From positions 1,333,654 through 1,397,653 of the forward strand of contig MU053594.1 of NCBI GenBank assembly GCA_013239625.1: a stretch of DNA of 64,000 bases. The letters run 5' to 3'. A program made the translations under genes and the position numbers. The notes under the pieces were generated by a model that ran no database searches, was not told the DNA's origin, and was given only the letters and a program-made list of their open reading frames with translations. Source of the DNA: Lama guanicoe (lineage: Eukaryota). Positions 1 through 12,439 of the stretch are shown piece after piece. Positions within the stretch are counted from its first letter, which is position 1; the number at the start of each line of letters is the position of its first letter.

Positions 1-430
1 AGACAATTTAAAGGAAATATAAAGCATCCAGGACATGTTGGATTTGAAAATAAAACTATTTCTCATCTCCATTCTCTCACAGCAGAGCATTGTCAAAAAC
101 AAAAGACCTCAGGCTGAAGATCAAATCCAGGATGCCAAAATACGAAACTGAGATGAGAAAACATCTCAGGGTAAATATGGAGCCAGTGCTGTGGCTATAA
201 AACTCTTTCTCAGGACCTTCGATAGATCAAAACTGATCTTCCAAAGAGACAAAAGAACTCCTAAGTATCTTAAGGGCATTCCTTGCAGATCTTCTGTTAA
301 ACAAATCTAAGTCACTTAAGAATGCTGTCTGATAGCAGTCTCAGAGACACCTCAAGGTAAAAAAGGGCTCATCTCAAAGAGATTTGTGGGTGTGGAGTTT
401 AACTGACGAGATAATGTTATGTTAATATAC
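1..430 (+). mobile_element. Probable MaLR (MLT1-type) internal sequence, 5' part; continues after the L1 insertion at 1263-1849
   Basis: Removing the TSD-flanked L1 joins this segment to 1263-1849, which runs directly into an MLT1 LTR. Family assignment is inferred from context. Confidence 0.45.
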
Positions 431-449
431 AAAATGCCCATACATTTTT

Positions 450-1243
450 TAAACATTTTTACTGAGTTATAGTCATTTTACAATGTTGTGTCAAATTCCA
501 GTGTACAGCACAATTTTTCAGTTATATATGAACATACATATATTCATTGTTGCATTTTTTTTGCTGTGAGCTACCACAAGATCTTGTATATATTTCCCTG
601 TGCTATACAGTATAATCTTGTTTATCTATTCTACATATGCCTGTCAGTATCTACAAATTTTGGACTCGCAGTCCATCCCTTCCCACCCCCCCAACCCCTT
701 AGCAACCACAAGTTTGTATCCTATGTCTATGAGTCTGTTTCTGTTTTGTATTTATATTCTTTTTTTTTCAGATTCCACATATGCACAATCTCATATGGTA
801 TTTTTCTTTCTCTTTCTGGCTTACTTCACTTAGAATGACATTCTCCAGGAGCATCCATGCTGCTGCAAATGGCGTTATGTTGTCATTTTTATGGCTGAAT
901 AGTATTCCATTGTATAAATATACCACATCTTCTTTATCCAGTCATCTGTCGATGGACATCTAGGCTGTTTCCATGTCCTGGCTATTGCAGGTGGTGCTAC
1001 TATGAACACTGGGGAGCAGGTGTCTTTTTAAAGTAGGGATCCTTCTGGATGTATGCCCAGGAGCAGGATTCCTGGGTCCTACGGTAAGTCTATTCCTAGT
1101 CTTTTGAGGAATCTCCATACTGTTTTCCACAGCGGCTGCACCAAACTGCATTCCCACCAGCAGTGTAGGAGGGTTCCCCTTTCTCCGCACCCTCTCCAGC
1201 ATTTGTCATTTGTGGATTTTTGAATGATGGCCATTCTGACTGG
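450..1243 (-). mobile_element. Young 5'-truncated L1 (ORF2 C-terminus plus 3' UTR) with 19-bp TSD
   Basis: The minus strand gives the L1 ORF2 C-terminal region (ORF 960..1202 '[17 protein letters not shown]...' is an alternative-frame reading). T-rich tail at ~445-460. The direct repeat AAAATGCCCATACATTTTT lies at 431-449 and 1244-1262. Confidence 0.93.
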
Positions 1244-1262
1244 AAAATGCCCATACATTTTT

Positions 1263-1849
1263 AAAAAGAATTGTAGCAGCCTAGACTGAAAGAGACAGAG
1301 AAAGTATAAAAAGAACAGGAACCTTTAAATCTGTAAACTTTTATGGGCACCAAGTAATCTGAATGGCTACTTAGTGGAAAACAGGGAAGACTTCGTATAG
1401 AAATAAAGAATGACTCAGAGGATGGAAAGAAGAGCCCAGAAGGCAAAGCCCAGAGTCCTGGAGGATGACTCCAGGGAGTAGGACTGAGTCCTAACTAAGA
1501 AACTGATCCTGTGTAATTGGCTGGATTTCTGAAAGTGACTAATATGTGCCTTTGATTTTTTCCTCTTTTCAAATAGGAAGACCATAGTGATTATTCTGTT
1601 TGTCTCACCTGGGGGCGGGGGGTGGAGAAGACAGATAACTTGTATTTTTTGTTCATAGATTTTTAGAACAAAAAGAACTATACTCAAAGAATTGGAGTAG
1701 AGAAGCCCCACTGTCACCTGGTCCTAATTTAGTTGACAAAATAGGTTTTGAACTGATGCCACGGTGGAGTGAAACTTTGAAAATCTTGGGGGAAGCAGTG
1801 ACTGAATTTATGTGAAGGCAGATGTGAATTTTTGTGGCCAGAGGCAGAC
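1263..1849 (+). mobile_element. Probable MaLR internal sequence, 3' end abutting the LTR
   Basis: Ends in ...TTTGTGGCCAGAGGCAGAC immediately before the LTR-initial TG, resembling the MaLR internal/3' LTR junction. Confidence 0.55.
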
Positions 1850-2440
1850 TGTGGCAGATTTTATTTTCCAAAGGTGACCCAGACAGCAGTATCCCACACC
1901 TCACATGCACTGCTATGATGTAACCTTGCTAGTGCACTGTTAAGAGATGGATCCTAATCTCTTTCCTTTGGATCTAAGTGGCCTTGTGACTATTTTAACC
2001 AGCAGAGTAAAATAGAAATAATGATGTGTGTCTTCCAAGGCTATGTCATTAAAGGTGGTCCAGTTCTGACCTTGTTCTCTGGGACATCATGTAAGAAGTC
2101 CAACCACCTGAGGTCACTGTGAGAAAACCTAAAGCTCAGGGAAAGACTGTGTGTAGATGTTCTAGTTGACGGCCTCAATGAGGTTACAGTTGACAGCTGG
2201 TATCAACTGATAAATATGTGAGTGATGAGGTCTCCGGATGATTCCAGTGCCCAGCCTTTGAGCCACAGCCAGCCCCTGAGACTTCCAAGCCCAGGTGCTG
2301 GACATCATGAAAGAGAGATAAGCCAACTCCACTGTGCTCTGTATGAATTCCTGACTCACGTAGTCCATAAATATAATAAAAGGTTTTAAACCATTTAGTT
2401 TTCAAGTAATATGTTATGCAACAGTAGAAATTGGAATACA
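1850..2440 (+). mobile_element. MLT1-family (ERVL-MaLR) LTR
   Basis: TG...CA termini (TGTGGCAGATTTTATTTTCCAAAG ... TTATGCAACAGTAGAAATTGGAATACA) and typical MLT1 3' motifs (AATTCCTGACTCAC, TTTTAAACCATTTAGTTTT). Confidence 0.82.
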
Positions 2441-4136
2441 TGGACATAGGCTCTCTTGAAATTTTATCACTTGTGATATTGCTTAAGTCCACCCCTTGCC
2501 CAACATCAATAGAACAGAAACAATGAAAAATTATATAAATCCTATACACAAACTAAAATAAAGGAGAAGGCAAAATTCTATAAAAGAATGAGAATGTGTA
2601 TTATTATTTCTGGATATGTCTATTTATTAGATAAAGAAAATTAGAAGATAGTAAGTTATCCCGAGGACTAAGTTGAGTGAAATATTAACCTACACAGAAT
2701 TGACTCCTGAATGCTGGCACCTTAGGTGGTATAATTTTCCTTTAGGCCTTCAATAGTTTTTCCTAAATTTAAAAAAAAAAAACTGTCAAAAAGACTTCCA
2801 CTTCTGGCAAAGATGGAGTAAAAAACACCAGAATTAGCAAAATTAATTCTAGACTAATTAATTCTGCAGCTCTGGTGCAGCCAAATAAATCTTAAAAACA
2901 AGACTAAAAAGGATCAAAGTGTTTCCAAGTAACTGAACTTTCTCCCACAAAAAAAGGTAAAGAATATTTGTAGGAATATATCAATAAATATCCACCAGCA
3001 CTCACCAAGGTACAATTCACAATGTCTGGCATCCAACCAAAAACTAATAGACATTAGAAGAAGTAGGAAAATGTGACCCAGAATGAGAAAAATCAATCAA
3101 TTGAAACCAACCCAGAACAGACACAGATGTTAGACTAGCAGAAAAGAACATTAAAACAGTTCTTGTAACTTACTTCCATATGTTCAGTAGGCTAAGTAGA
3201 GATATGGGAGATATTGAAAAGACTCCAATAAAACTTCTACAGATAAAAACTAAGATGCCTGAGATAAAAACTATACTGGATGGAATTAACAATGTATTAG
3301 AAATTGCAGAAGAAAAGATTAGTAAACATAAAGACATAGAAATAGATTCTATCCAAAATGAAACAAATAGAGAAAAAAAATTTATAAAATGAGCTGTGAG
3401 ACAGTTTCAGGTAGTCTACTACGCATTTAACCAGAGTCCCTGAAGAAGAGAGATGGGAGACAAATTTATTTGGGAAAACAGTAGCTAATTTTTTTCCAAA
3501 TTTAATGAAAACTATTACAAGAAAGTCAATAAACCCCAAGCAAAACAAACATGATGAAATGTACATTGAAGCACCTTGTAATCAAATTGTTTGAAGTCAA
3601 TTTTGAAGAGAAAGTCTTAAAAGCAACCTGCAGGTGGGGGTTGGGGAGTCATATTACATACAAAGACCCAAAGACAAGGATGACAGAATGTTTCTCATCA
3701 GAATCAACAAAAGTGAGAAGTGAGTGAAGCAACATCTTTAAAATCATGAAAGAAAAAAACTGCCACCTGGAATTCTATACCCAGTGAAACTATCTTTCAA
3801 AACCAAAGATAAAAATAAAGACATTTCTTAGAAATACAAAACTAGAAGAATGCATCAGCAGCAGACTCAGACTACAAAAAAATGTTAAAGAGAGTCCTTC
3901 AGGCAAAATGAAAATACTGCCAGATGGAAATCTTCACCTATAAAAAAAGAAGAGCACTGGAAACGGTAACTTCATAGGTAAATATGCAAAATTACTTTCT
4001 AATTATTTAAGTCTCCTTGGGAGATAATTGACTTTTTAAATGAAATTCATAACACTGTTATAAAATTTATAATAGATATACAAGTGAAATGTATGAGGAC
4101 AACAGCCCAAAGAGTGGAAGAGGAGAAATGGAAGTA

Positions 4137-4379
4137 CAGTTGACCCTGGGACAACCTGCGTTTGAACGACTTATATGTGGATTTTTTTCAATAGTAAATA
4201 CTATTGTATTACTACATGACCCAAGGTTGGTTGAATCCACAGATAAAGAAACTTGGATATGGAAGAACTGCAGATATGAAGGAATCACATATACAGAGGC
4301 CCATATATAAGTTATACATGGATTTTTGGTTGTGTGGAGGATTCGTGCCCTAACCCCCACGTTTTTTAGGGGCCAACTG
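4137..4379. mobile_element. Tigger-type (Tc1/mariner, Tigger2a-like) MITE
   Basis: Terminal inverted repeats CAGTTGACCC (4137-4146) and GGGCCAACTG (4370-4379), with TA at the left flank. Confidence 0.8.
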
Positions 4380-4702
4380 TGTATGTAGTACTTTAAAGTT
4401 CTTATACTGTAAGTGATGTCTTATAATATCACTTGAAGGTAGTCCATGATTAGCCAAAGGTACATATGATGAACCATAAGGCAAGAAATAAAATAACAAA
4501 ACAATGATGACTGAGAGCTAATGAGCCAAACATAAGATATAATGTGATTACAAAAAAATACTCAATCCAAAAGAGGGCATAAAAAGTGGATAAAGGGAAC
4601 AACAACAACAAAAACAGATGGGACAAGGAGAAAAAAACAGTGAGATGACAGATTTCTATCCTAACAATATCAGTAATCACACTGAATATAAGTGATCTAA
4701 CC

Positions 4703-4853
4703 CCAAGATCAGCAAACTAAGATCCATGGGCCAAATCTGGCCTGCAGCCTTATTTCATATGGCCTTTGAAGGGGCAAAAATCATATAAGCTTGGCCCATA
4801 AAACTTTAAATATTTATTATCTGACCCTTTACAAAAAAGCTGGTTGACCCCTG
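4703..4853. mobile_element. hAT-Charlie MITE (MER58-like)
   Basis: CAGCAAAC...GGGCCAAATCTGGCC start and AAATATTTATTATCTGACCCTTTACAAAAAAG...GACCCCTG end, typical of MER58. Confidence 0.75.
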
Positions 4854-4979
4854 TTCTAAACACAAATTAAAAGGCTGAGTATCAGATTAGATACAAACAT
4901 TAGACCTGACTCTATACTGTTTATAGGAAACACGCTGTAAGAATACAACACACAAAAAAGTTAAAAGTGAAGGAATGAA

Positions 4980-5352
4980 CATTAGTTATCACAGAAATGC
5001 AAATCAAAACTACAATGAAGTATCACCTCATACCGATCAGAATGGTCATCAATAAAAAGTCCACTAACAAGAAATGCTGGAGAGGGTGTGGGCAAAAGGG
5101 GACCCTCCTACACTGTTGGTGGGAATGTAGTTTGGTGCAGCCATTATGGAAAACAGTATGGAGATTCCTTAAAAAACTAAAAACAGACTTACCATATGAT
5201 CCAGCAATCCCACCCCTGGGCATATATCCTGAGGAAGCTCTAATTTGAAAACATGCATGCACCCCAATGTTGATAGTAGCATTATTTACAATAGCCAAGA
5301 CATAGAGCAACCTAAATATCCTTCAACAGATGACTGGATAAAGAAGTTTTAT

Positions 5353-5401
<49 letters not shown>

Positions 5402-5545
5402 TATATACTACACTATGTATATATACTACAGACATAAAAAAGAATAAAATAATGCCATTTGTGGCAACATGGATCGACCTGAAGTTTGTCATACTAAGTG
5501 AAGTAAGCCAGAAAGAGAAAGAAAAATACCATATGACATCACTTA
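4980..5545 (+). mobile_element. Younger L1 ORF2 C-terminal fragment inserted in the old L1
   Basis: ORF 4997..5248 [16 protein letters not shown]...CWRGC...[24 protein letters not shown]...[13 protein letters not shown] is the L1 ORF2p cysteine-rich C-terminus. Confidence 0.93.
5357..5396. repeat. (CA)n microsatellite, about 20 units
   Basis: Perfect AC run inside the L1. Confidence 0.97.
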
Positions 5546-5629
5546 AATGTTTTACTCAAGTAGTACTGCTTTAGCTATGTCCCACAAATTTTAATATGTT
5601 GTGTGTTTTTTCCATTCATTTAAAAATAA

Positions 5630-7120
5630 CTTTACTCAACCAATTTGACCTAATTGACATTTATAGAACATAGCATTCAGCAAGAGCAAAATACACAGTC
5701 TCTTCAAATGAATACAGAATATTTACCAAAATAGACCATAATCTGGGTCATTAAACAGGTCTCAATAAATTTAAAATCTAAAAAGTATTCAAATCATACA
5801 AAGTATGTTCTTGGACCATAATATAATTAAATTTCAAGTCAATTACAGAAAGCTCTCTGGGAAAATCCCCAAATATTTGAAAACTAAATAATACACTGAG
5901 TCAGAAAAGAAAAATTTAAATTATTAAATTAAATTATATATAGACACTTGACTTTTTACAAAGATGCAAAGACAATTCGACAGAGAAAAAGATACTCTTT
6001 TCACCAAAAGGTACCAGACTAGTTGTATCTCTATGTGCCAAAAAAAAGTTTTGACTCATACTTTATATTTTAAAAAGTTGACTCTAAATGGATTGTAGAC
6101 TCAATATAGAACCTAAAATTATAGAAGGAAACATAGGTGAAAATATTTGTGACCTTGAGTTAGACAAAGATTTCTTAGATGTAACATCAAAATCGTGATC
6201 CCAAATAGAAAAAGCTGATAAATTGAACTTCATCAAAAATTTTAAACTTCTGCTTTTCCAAAGGCACTGTTAAGAGAAGGAAAGGACAGATCACAGGGTG
6301 GGAGGAAATATTTGCAAAAAGGTATGCTTTTTTGCAAGTATTTGTATCCAGAGTATATAAAGATCTCTCAAAACTAAGAAATTAAGTAAGTAAGTAAATA
6401 AATAGATAAATGGCAAAAGAGTTGAATGGGCACTTCATCAAAGAACACACACAGATGACAAATATGCACACAAAAAGATGCTTGACATCATTATCCTTTA
6501 GAAAAATGCAAATTAAAACCAAATGATATGCACTATCCACCTACCAGGATGACTAATACTGAAAAGACTGATTGTATCAAGTGTGGGTGAAGATGTGGGG
6601 GGACTGAAACTCTAACTCTGCTGGTGGGAATGTAAAATGGTGTGATCACTTTGGAAAACAGTTTGGCAGTTTCTTTAAAAAGTTAAATATATACCTACCA
6701 TATGACCCAGCCATTCCACTCCTAGGTATTTGTCCAATTTAAGTGAAAGCATTTGTACATGAATATTCATAACAGTTTTATTTATAACAACCTGGAACTG
6801 GAAACCCAAATATCCATGAGCATGTGACTGAATAATCAAATCCATATACCCATATAGTAGAATATCACTCAGCAACAAAAAAGAATTAACTCTTAATACA
6901 TTCAATGACATAGAATGAATTTCAAAATAATTGTGCTGAGTGAAAGAAGCTGGTTGATAAAAAAGAATACATAGGGAACAGAAGTAACTTTGGGATGTGG
7001 TAGACAGGTTCGTTATCTTGATTTGTGGCTACAGTTACCTGTGTCAGAAGCTATCAATTGTACACTTTAAATATATGTAAATAATTATATATAATATATA
7101 TATATATATACCTCAAGAAA
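5630..7120 (+). mobile_element. Old L1M ORF2 fragments and 3' UTR
   Basis: Endonuclease-region remnant (GACCTAATTGACATTTATAGAAC, ATAGACCATAATCTGGG), then late-ORF2 motifs (GCTGGTGGGAATGTAAAATGG, CCATATGACCCAGCCATTCCACTCCTAGGTATT) and a 3' UTR. Confidence 0.85.
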
Positions 7121-7319
7121 ACTGCTTTACAACTTCAAATGTAAAAAAACTGTCAGAAACATATAATTTGCATCCCTCTGTGGACCTAGAAATGAAAGAC
7201 TTAAACCAGAAAAGGCAGGCTGTTGAAACACAAGGTCCTTTCTAAAAGATGAAGGGAGATAACAGAAAACCTTGGTCTGTGAAGAAACTGCTGGGAGCAG
7301 AGATGGTGCTTAGTGTGTC

Positions 7320-8360
7320 AGGCATGTGGAGGTAATTAATGTACTTCCCTCCCACCCTCTTCTGCTCCTGTCACTCAGCTTAAATGGGGGCTACAGAATC
7401 TCCCAGGAAGAGCAACTGTAGGACCCCATCTATGTAGATAAGAGATCATCGGACACCCCATGAACCGGGGGTTTCTCAAGAGAAGTGGGAAAGAAGATGA
7501 GGTCCATGAGAGGAGGCTGTCTCTGGGAGCCAGGACTAAAGGAGGGAGGGGAACTGGTGACTCCAGATGCGTCTTGCAGCTGTTGTGGGAACCCAGCCCA
7601 GCCAGCAGCCAGGGTGCGATGCGTGCCCTCCGGGAGAAAAGGGGCAGTGTGTGTGCGCTGAAAGGACCGATTCACAGAAGTCAGTAGCACTTTGGGATCC
7701 GAGCCACCCAGCTGGGACGTGCTGTCAGGCTGAGTCACAGCATCCTCCCCACTGAGTGTAGCACCTCCTTAGAGGAGCCGCCATGTCCTGGAGAGCACTG
7801 AGGGCATCCTCTGCCTTCTGCAGATCTCCTTTAGGGGCCACCCTGTGGTGGAGCAAAGAAAACTCAGTCCAGCCCCATGAGATGGACAGCGGTGTCCTGA
7901 GCTGCAGAGCAGTGAAAGGGCGCATGTCAGAGAAGAGAGCTGGGCCAATGGGCTCTCACAGTGGGGCCCAAGCGACAACCCTGAGCCTGCCTCCAGCCAC
8001 AGAAGCCCTCCCTTGGGAAAAATGTAGAGAAAACGAATATTTCCCCTCTTTCTTCCAAAAAAAGCATCATGGCTCAGGGTAACCCAAAGGTGACCTGCCC
8101 TGTGATGGCTGTGACAGACTCACAGCTCTGCAGCACCAAGGCCCAGGGATCTGGAATGAGAAGCCACGGTGTGGATGATCAGAACACAACATTGCTCTCA
8201 CCAGCGGTTCAGCAAGTGAGGACCGAGACTAAATCTTGATGCATTTAAGGCAACCTCTGGAGAATTCCCGAAGACACGGAGAGGCAGGAAACTACAAATC
8301 TACCCATGCATTTGAGATACAAATATATGGTGACTATCAAATTAAAGTTTTAGTATTAAT
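7320..8360 (+). mobile_element. Possible ancient LTR-like element (MamGypLTR/LTR8x-like); tentative
   Basis: ~1-kb purine-rich block starting TGTGGAGGTAATTAATGTACTTCCC and ending near ATTAAAG. Resemblance is from memory only. Confidence 0.25.
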
Positions 8361-9969
8361 ATGCGCATTTCTATTCATAGGCTAGGAAATAACTGAAATT
8401 AACCTAAATTAGTATCTCAGTTAATAGCAGTATATTTTCCTCCTACAGAAGAAAGGGATAAATAACAGCAAGAAAGCCCTCTCAGTATGGTGGTCCCTAT
8501 TCAGAGATGTATGCCTGGAGATCAGAACAGATTCAGACCGATCTCCCACAGTGATAATTCTGCAAAATGTACCCCAGATCGGGTTATAATGCAACATCCG
8601 CAAAATCAAAGTTAACAGCACTGTTTAGACAAAGGCATTTTCACAAGCATTTTCACTGTGTGTTTTTTAAGAAACGTTTTTCTCTTGGGTCCTCAGCACT
8701 TAAATGACCCAGCACTTCCCAGTGAGTAAAAGATCTCCTGTGCACGGATGTTGGTGACTGAGGCAGATCTGTCTCTCTTGATAAGAGAATAAGACGAAGC
8801 TGAATGGAACTTTAGCAGAAAGGATTTAGATTAGACAGCAGGAGGCATGGAGTCCTGGAGTTGATGTCCAAGTGACATTTTAAACTCCCTGATGCTCGGG
8901 AGTACCTGTCCGACAGGGACAGAACCATCTCCAGACATCCTGACAGTTCAAAGAAACATAAACAGCAAAAACTGACATTATTCTTGTGCTGACTCTTTTA
9001 TCCCTAAGGCTAAATATTTTCAAATATCCATTTGATGAGCTAACAAATGAAGGTAGAGTCCATTCTTTCTGTAAACAGATCATTTTGTAAAGAATTTAAA
9101 TCAGACATAGCAGAGTCTCCCCATTTGCCGATTGCTAATGCATCTTAACCATAACTTATATTCTTACATGTTCCAATTCAGCAACGTCTCCTTCTCTTAG
9201 CTGGAGATGCCAGGTTTGGACAGCGTCTGTTTAATCTAGCCAAGAGAACATATTTCCTCCCTGAAACGCGGGCTTGACAGCGAAGCAAAGTGTGATTAAG
9301 TTGTGTCACAAGTAGGTGTAGCGCAATCCATCTGGCAAAGGGGAGTCTGTGCTGCCTAATTAGGAAATTTAATGATCTGATCTGATCAAACATCCATTTA
9401 CAGTTTTGATAAGTGAAATTACCCAGTTAGATGACTGCAAAGAGTGTGAGCTGGGTCTCCTAACAGAACCCCGGAGCTAGGAGTGTGGACCTGGGGATCT
9501 CGAGATTTGCATACATTTAGGTCAGCAACACGTTGTAGCAAAGGAATGCCACACGACTTTCTGAAGATTCTTGGCCAGTAACTTGTGAAACGCCGATCCC
9601 ATTTGCTTGGAAATTTTTTAAATAATTGGCTCCTGCTGGCTGAGGCCCCATGCCAACACCGCATGGTAATTCATTCGTGACATTCCTAGAAGAGAGAATT
9701 TGCTGGAAGGGCAGCAGGAATGTGCTTAGGGAATAATCATGCCATCCTCCAAATAGGATGCAGAAAAGGAAGCAATCAGCAGGGAGGCCTCCATGTTTCC
9801 AGGGAAAAGATTCTCAATTTAAATGGAAATTGTAGGCCTCTTTCTCCTTTCTTCATCCCCAGGCTTCAAGTAAGAGAAGCCTGAACTGGCCGGGGCCATC
9901 TCAAGGGTACAGTCCCAGAGATGATTATTTAGGTCTCCTGGGCTTGAACTGATCAAAGCTCTAGAAATT

Positions 9970-11000
9970 GTGATGGTGACTTTGCAAAGAATCTACTTGA
10001 GGCGTCATTTTCTGGGCTTCTGTAGATGTCACTTGATTCTTGGGAAGCTTTTCAAGAAATACAGGCATGCTTGGGGGAGCAAAGGGAAGCACCAAGGTAA
10101 TCTAACCCTTCTGGAAGTGGTAAGGGTCGTATGGTGGCTCCGAGCTAGAGTAAGGGACTGCAAAGAGGACATGCAACCAGCTCCAAGATCACGAGAAAGT
10201 AAGCAGTGGAATGAAGGTTGATCTCTCATAATTGTAAAAGAACGAAAGGAAGAAAGGAAGAGAAGGAGGGAGGGACAAAGCAAGTTTCAAGGGAAGATTC
10301 AAGGGAAGAGGCGCAAAGAGGCCACACCAGAAACTCTGAGCAACAGGACGGTCTAAGACAGAGCAAAGTTGTTCTGGTGCCACATCGAGTCCCAGGACAC
10401 AGAAAAACAGCTCCATCCCTATTTGCCATGAGCCCAGAATGGAGATGGCATTCTTCAGGAATTCATATGTCAGGGAAACCATAAGAGGCACAGTAGAGAC
10501 ATCTGGAGCCAGATACTGGTCTGGACACTCCGTGGTGTGAACAAGGCTTTGATGCCAGTTACTCTTAACAATTCACTGTTAGATGCCCATTTTTCAAATC
10601 CTGTCTCTTGGATTTTGCCGTGTGCACCAATGCAGAAAAATGGCATCAGTAACCAGTGGTCTAGGAGTATGCAAAGCAAGATGAAATTCCAAACCTAGGA
10701 ACTGTCAACAAAACAGCCCACTCTGACAATGTCCTAAAATAAATGTGAGCCTGCTGGAAGACTAATACAAGGAGAACGAAGGGATGGTGATTGAGAATCT
10801 AGAAAAAGCTGGTAGGAACTGAGGGTTGAGTGGACTGGCCAGGACCAGCAATGACCTCCCAGTTGTAAGGGGATGCAATAAACGCCATCATCTGTTTCTC
10901 AGGGTCCAACCTAATGGGACAGATAGGTGCAGTGCCAGTGGCTTCCAGGAAGGGACAATTCTTGGGAGAGGTGGTTTAGATGACACGGATTCTGTCTGAG
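9970..11000 (+). mobile_element. Possible decayed Gypsy-like gag/protease remnant
   Basis: Frameshifted CCHC-like knuckle at 10623-10659 (TGC-AC-CAA-TGC-AGA-AAA-AT-GGC-ATC-AGT-AAC-CAG-TGG), followed ~300 nt later by IGAVPVA (10923) and D-T-D-S-V (10982-10996), resembling 'VG.CP.V...LLDTGS.V'. Confidence 0.33.
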
Positions 11001-11874
11001 TTAGGGTAGATGTTGGGCTTCTCAAAAGGAGAACACAGCAATCGGGGAAGAGAAGTCCCCCAAAATTAGGTGACTGGAATTAGGGTCCAGGATTACTGAC
11101 CTGGGATCAGAGCCCAGCTCTGAGACAAGGGCCTGGGAGGAAACTGGGCCCGTGCACAGTGATGTGGAAATGAGGGGCTAGAGCCGGTTGTTTATCTAGT
11201 GCTTGAAGCTCTGATAATTCCTTTTTGAAGCCAGGTGGTCTAACCTAGAAAATGGAATGCCTCCCCTCACCCCAGGGGAAAGCAGTTCTCAATACAACAC
11301 GAAGCCTGGTTCTCACCGGTTGAAGGATTGGATAAGGCTGAACACGCAGGGGGCAGGTTATTACTGCTGGCAGATGGCTGCGCTGATTCAGGCAAGGAAG
11401 CTAATACGAATCTACACACCAGGAGTCTCCAAATTCCCCCAATTTGTAGATAGTTTCTTTTAGAGATCAAGTTGAGATGTATGCAAACAGGACCTGTGGT
11501 CTAACAGAGACTTATTGATTTCTAAATGCAATTGCATGAGAAGTATTACAAAAGTATAAAAATCAGATCACGTTCAATTATATATCTAAAGGATAAAAAC
11601 ATAATGACGTGAAATTCATTCCATCCCAGAAAAGCTAAGTTATATGGAGTCCATACCAATAGATCCTCAAGAAAAAAAAAAGCCTGAAATGTCATTAATT
11701 AAGCAAAGAATAAATATTTATTGGCCATTATGATGTGTTAAATATTGTGCTGGCTTATATGGGAGATTCAAGAATAAATGAGATGTGGTTCCTACAGTTT
11801 AGGGACTTTTAAATTCATGATCAGGAGGTGGGGGTGGGGTGGGCAAGGGAGGAGCTGACACATTTTAAATGCTG

Positions 11875-12276
11875 GAGATTCTGCCTCTGCCTCTTGGACC
11901 TTTTGAGCTGAGGCTGGAACCACACTGGTTCCACTCTGCCCACGTGTGCACCAGGCGAGCATCGCCAAGGAATAGCCCCACCCCCACTCCCAGGAGCAGC
12001 CCTTAACCAGCGTCTCTCTGAGATGTATTTATATCTCAATTCCTTTGCCCCTCAGGTGGGATAATTCTAAGGCATGTGTTTTGAACTGCTTCCAATAGAT
12101 TCCTCATGGGCTTAGGCTCCAGCCAAACCCTGTGGTCATGGCTTAATAACTCAGCTTTTATCGTCTGCATTCCCTTCTCCTCTTCACTACTCGTAACCCC
12201 CGCACTTCCCAAATAAATGACTTAAGACTGGAATCTTTGCTTCAAATTCAGCTTCCAGGAGAATACAAACCAAGAC
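11875..12276 (+). mobile_element. ERVL LTR (LTR16-like)
   Basis: CAGCCCTTAACC..., CCCCTCAGGTGGGATAATTCT, CTTCCCAAATAAATGACTT and an end ...AAACCAAGAC are characteristic of LTR16. Confidence 0.7.
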
Positions 12277-12439
12277 CCACTCTGTCCTACGTACTAGAGT
12301 GGACAATTTACATTCATTATCTCATTTAGTCTCTGTAGTAATTGAATAAAGAAAAATATTATTTCATTATGCCATCTTACTGCTTAAGATTCTGCATTAG
12401 TTCTCTGTTACATTCAGGACTTTTTTTTTTTTTTTTAAA

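Larger units (their letters stand above)
2790..4975 (+). mobile_element. Old L1M 5' region/ORF1 to start of ORF2, degenerate, interrupted by two DNA-transposon MITEs
   Basis: A-rich plus strand. ORF 3180..3392 (EIKTILDGINNVLEIAEEKIS) resembles the L1 ORF1p coiled coil. GAATTCTATACCCAGTGAAACTATCTTTC at ~3770-3800 matches the ORF1p 'RILYPAKLSF' motif. Confidence 0.8.

Noticed and set aside
4997..5574. Protein-like ORFs as a host gene
   Set aside because: They are L1 ORF2 C-terminal remnants with a microsatellite.
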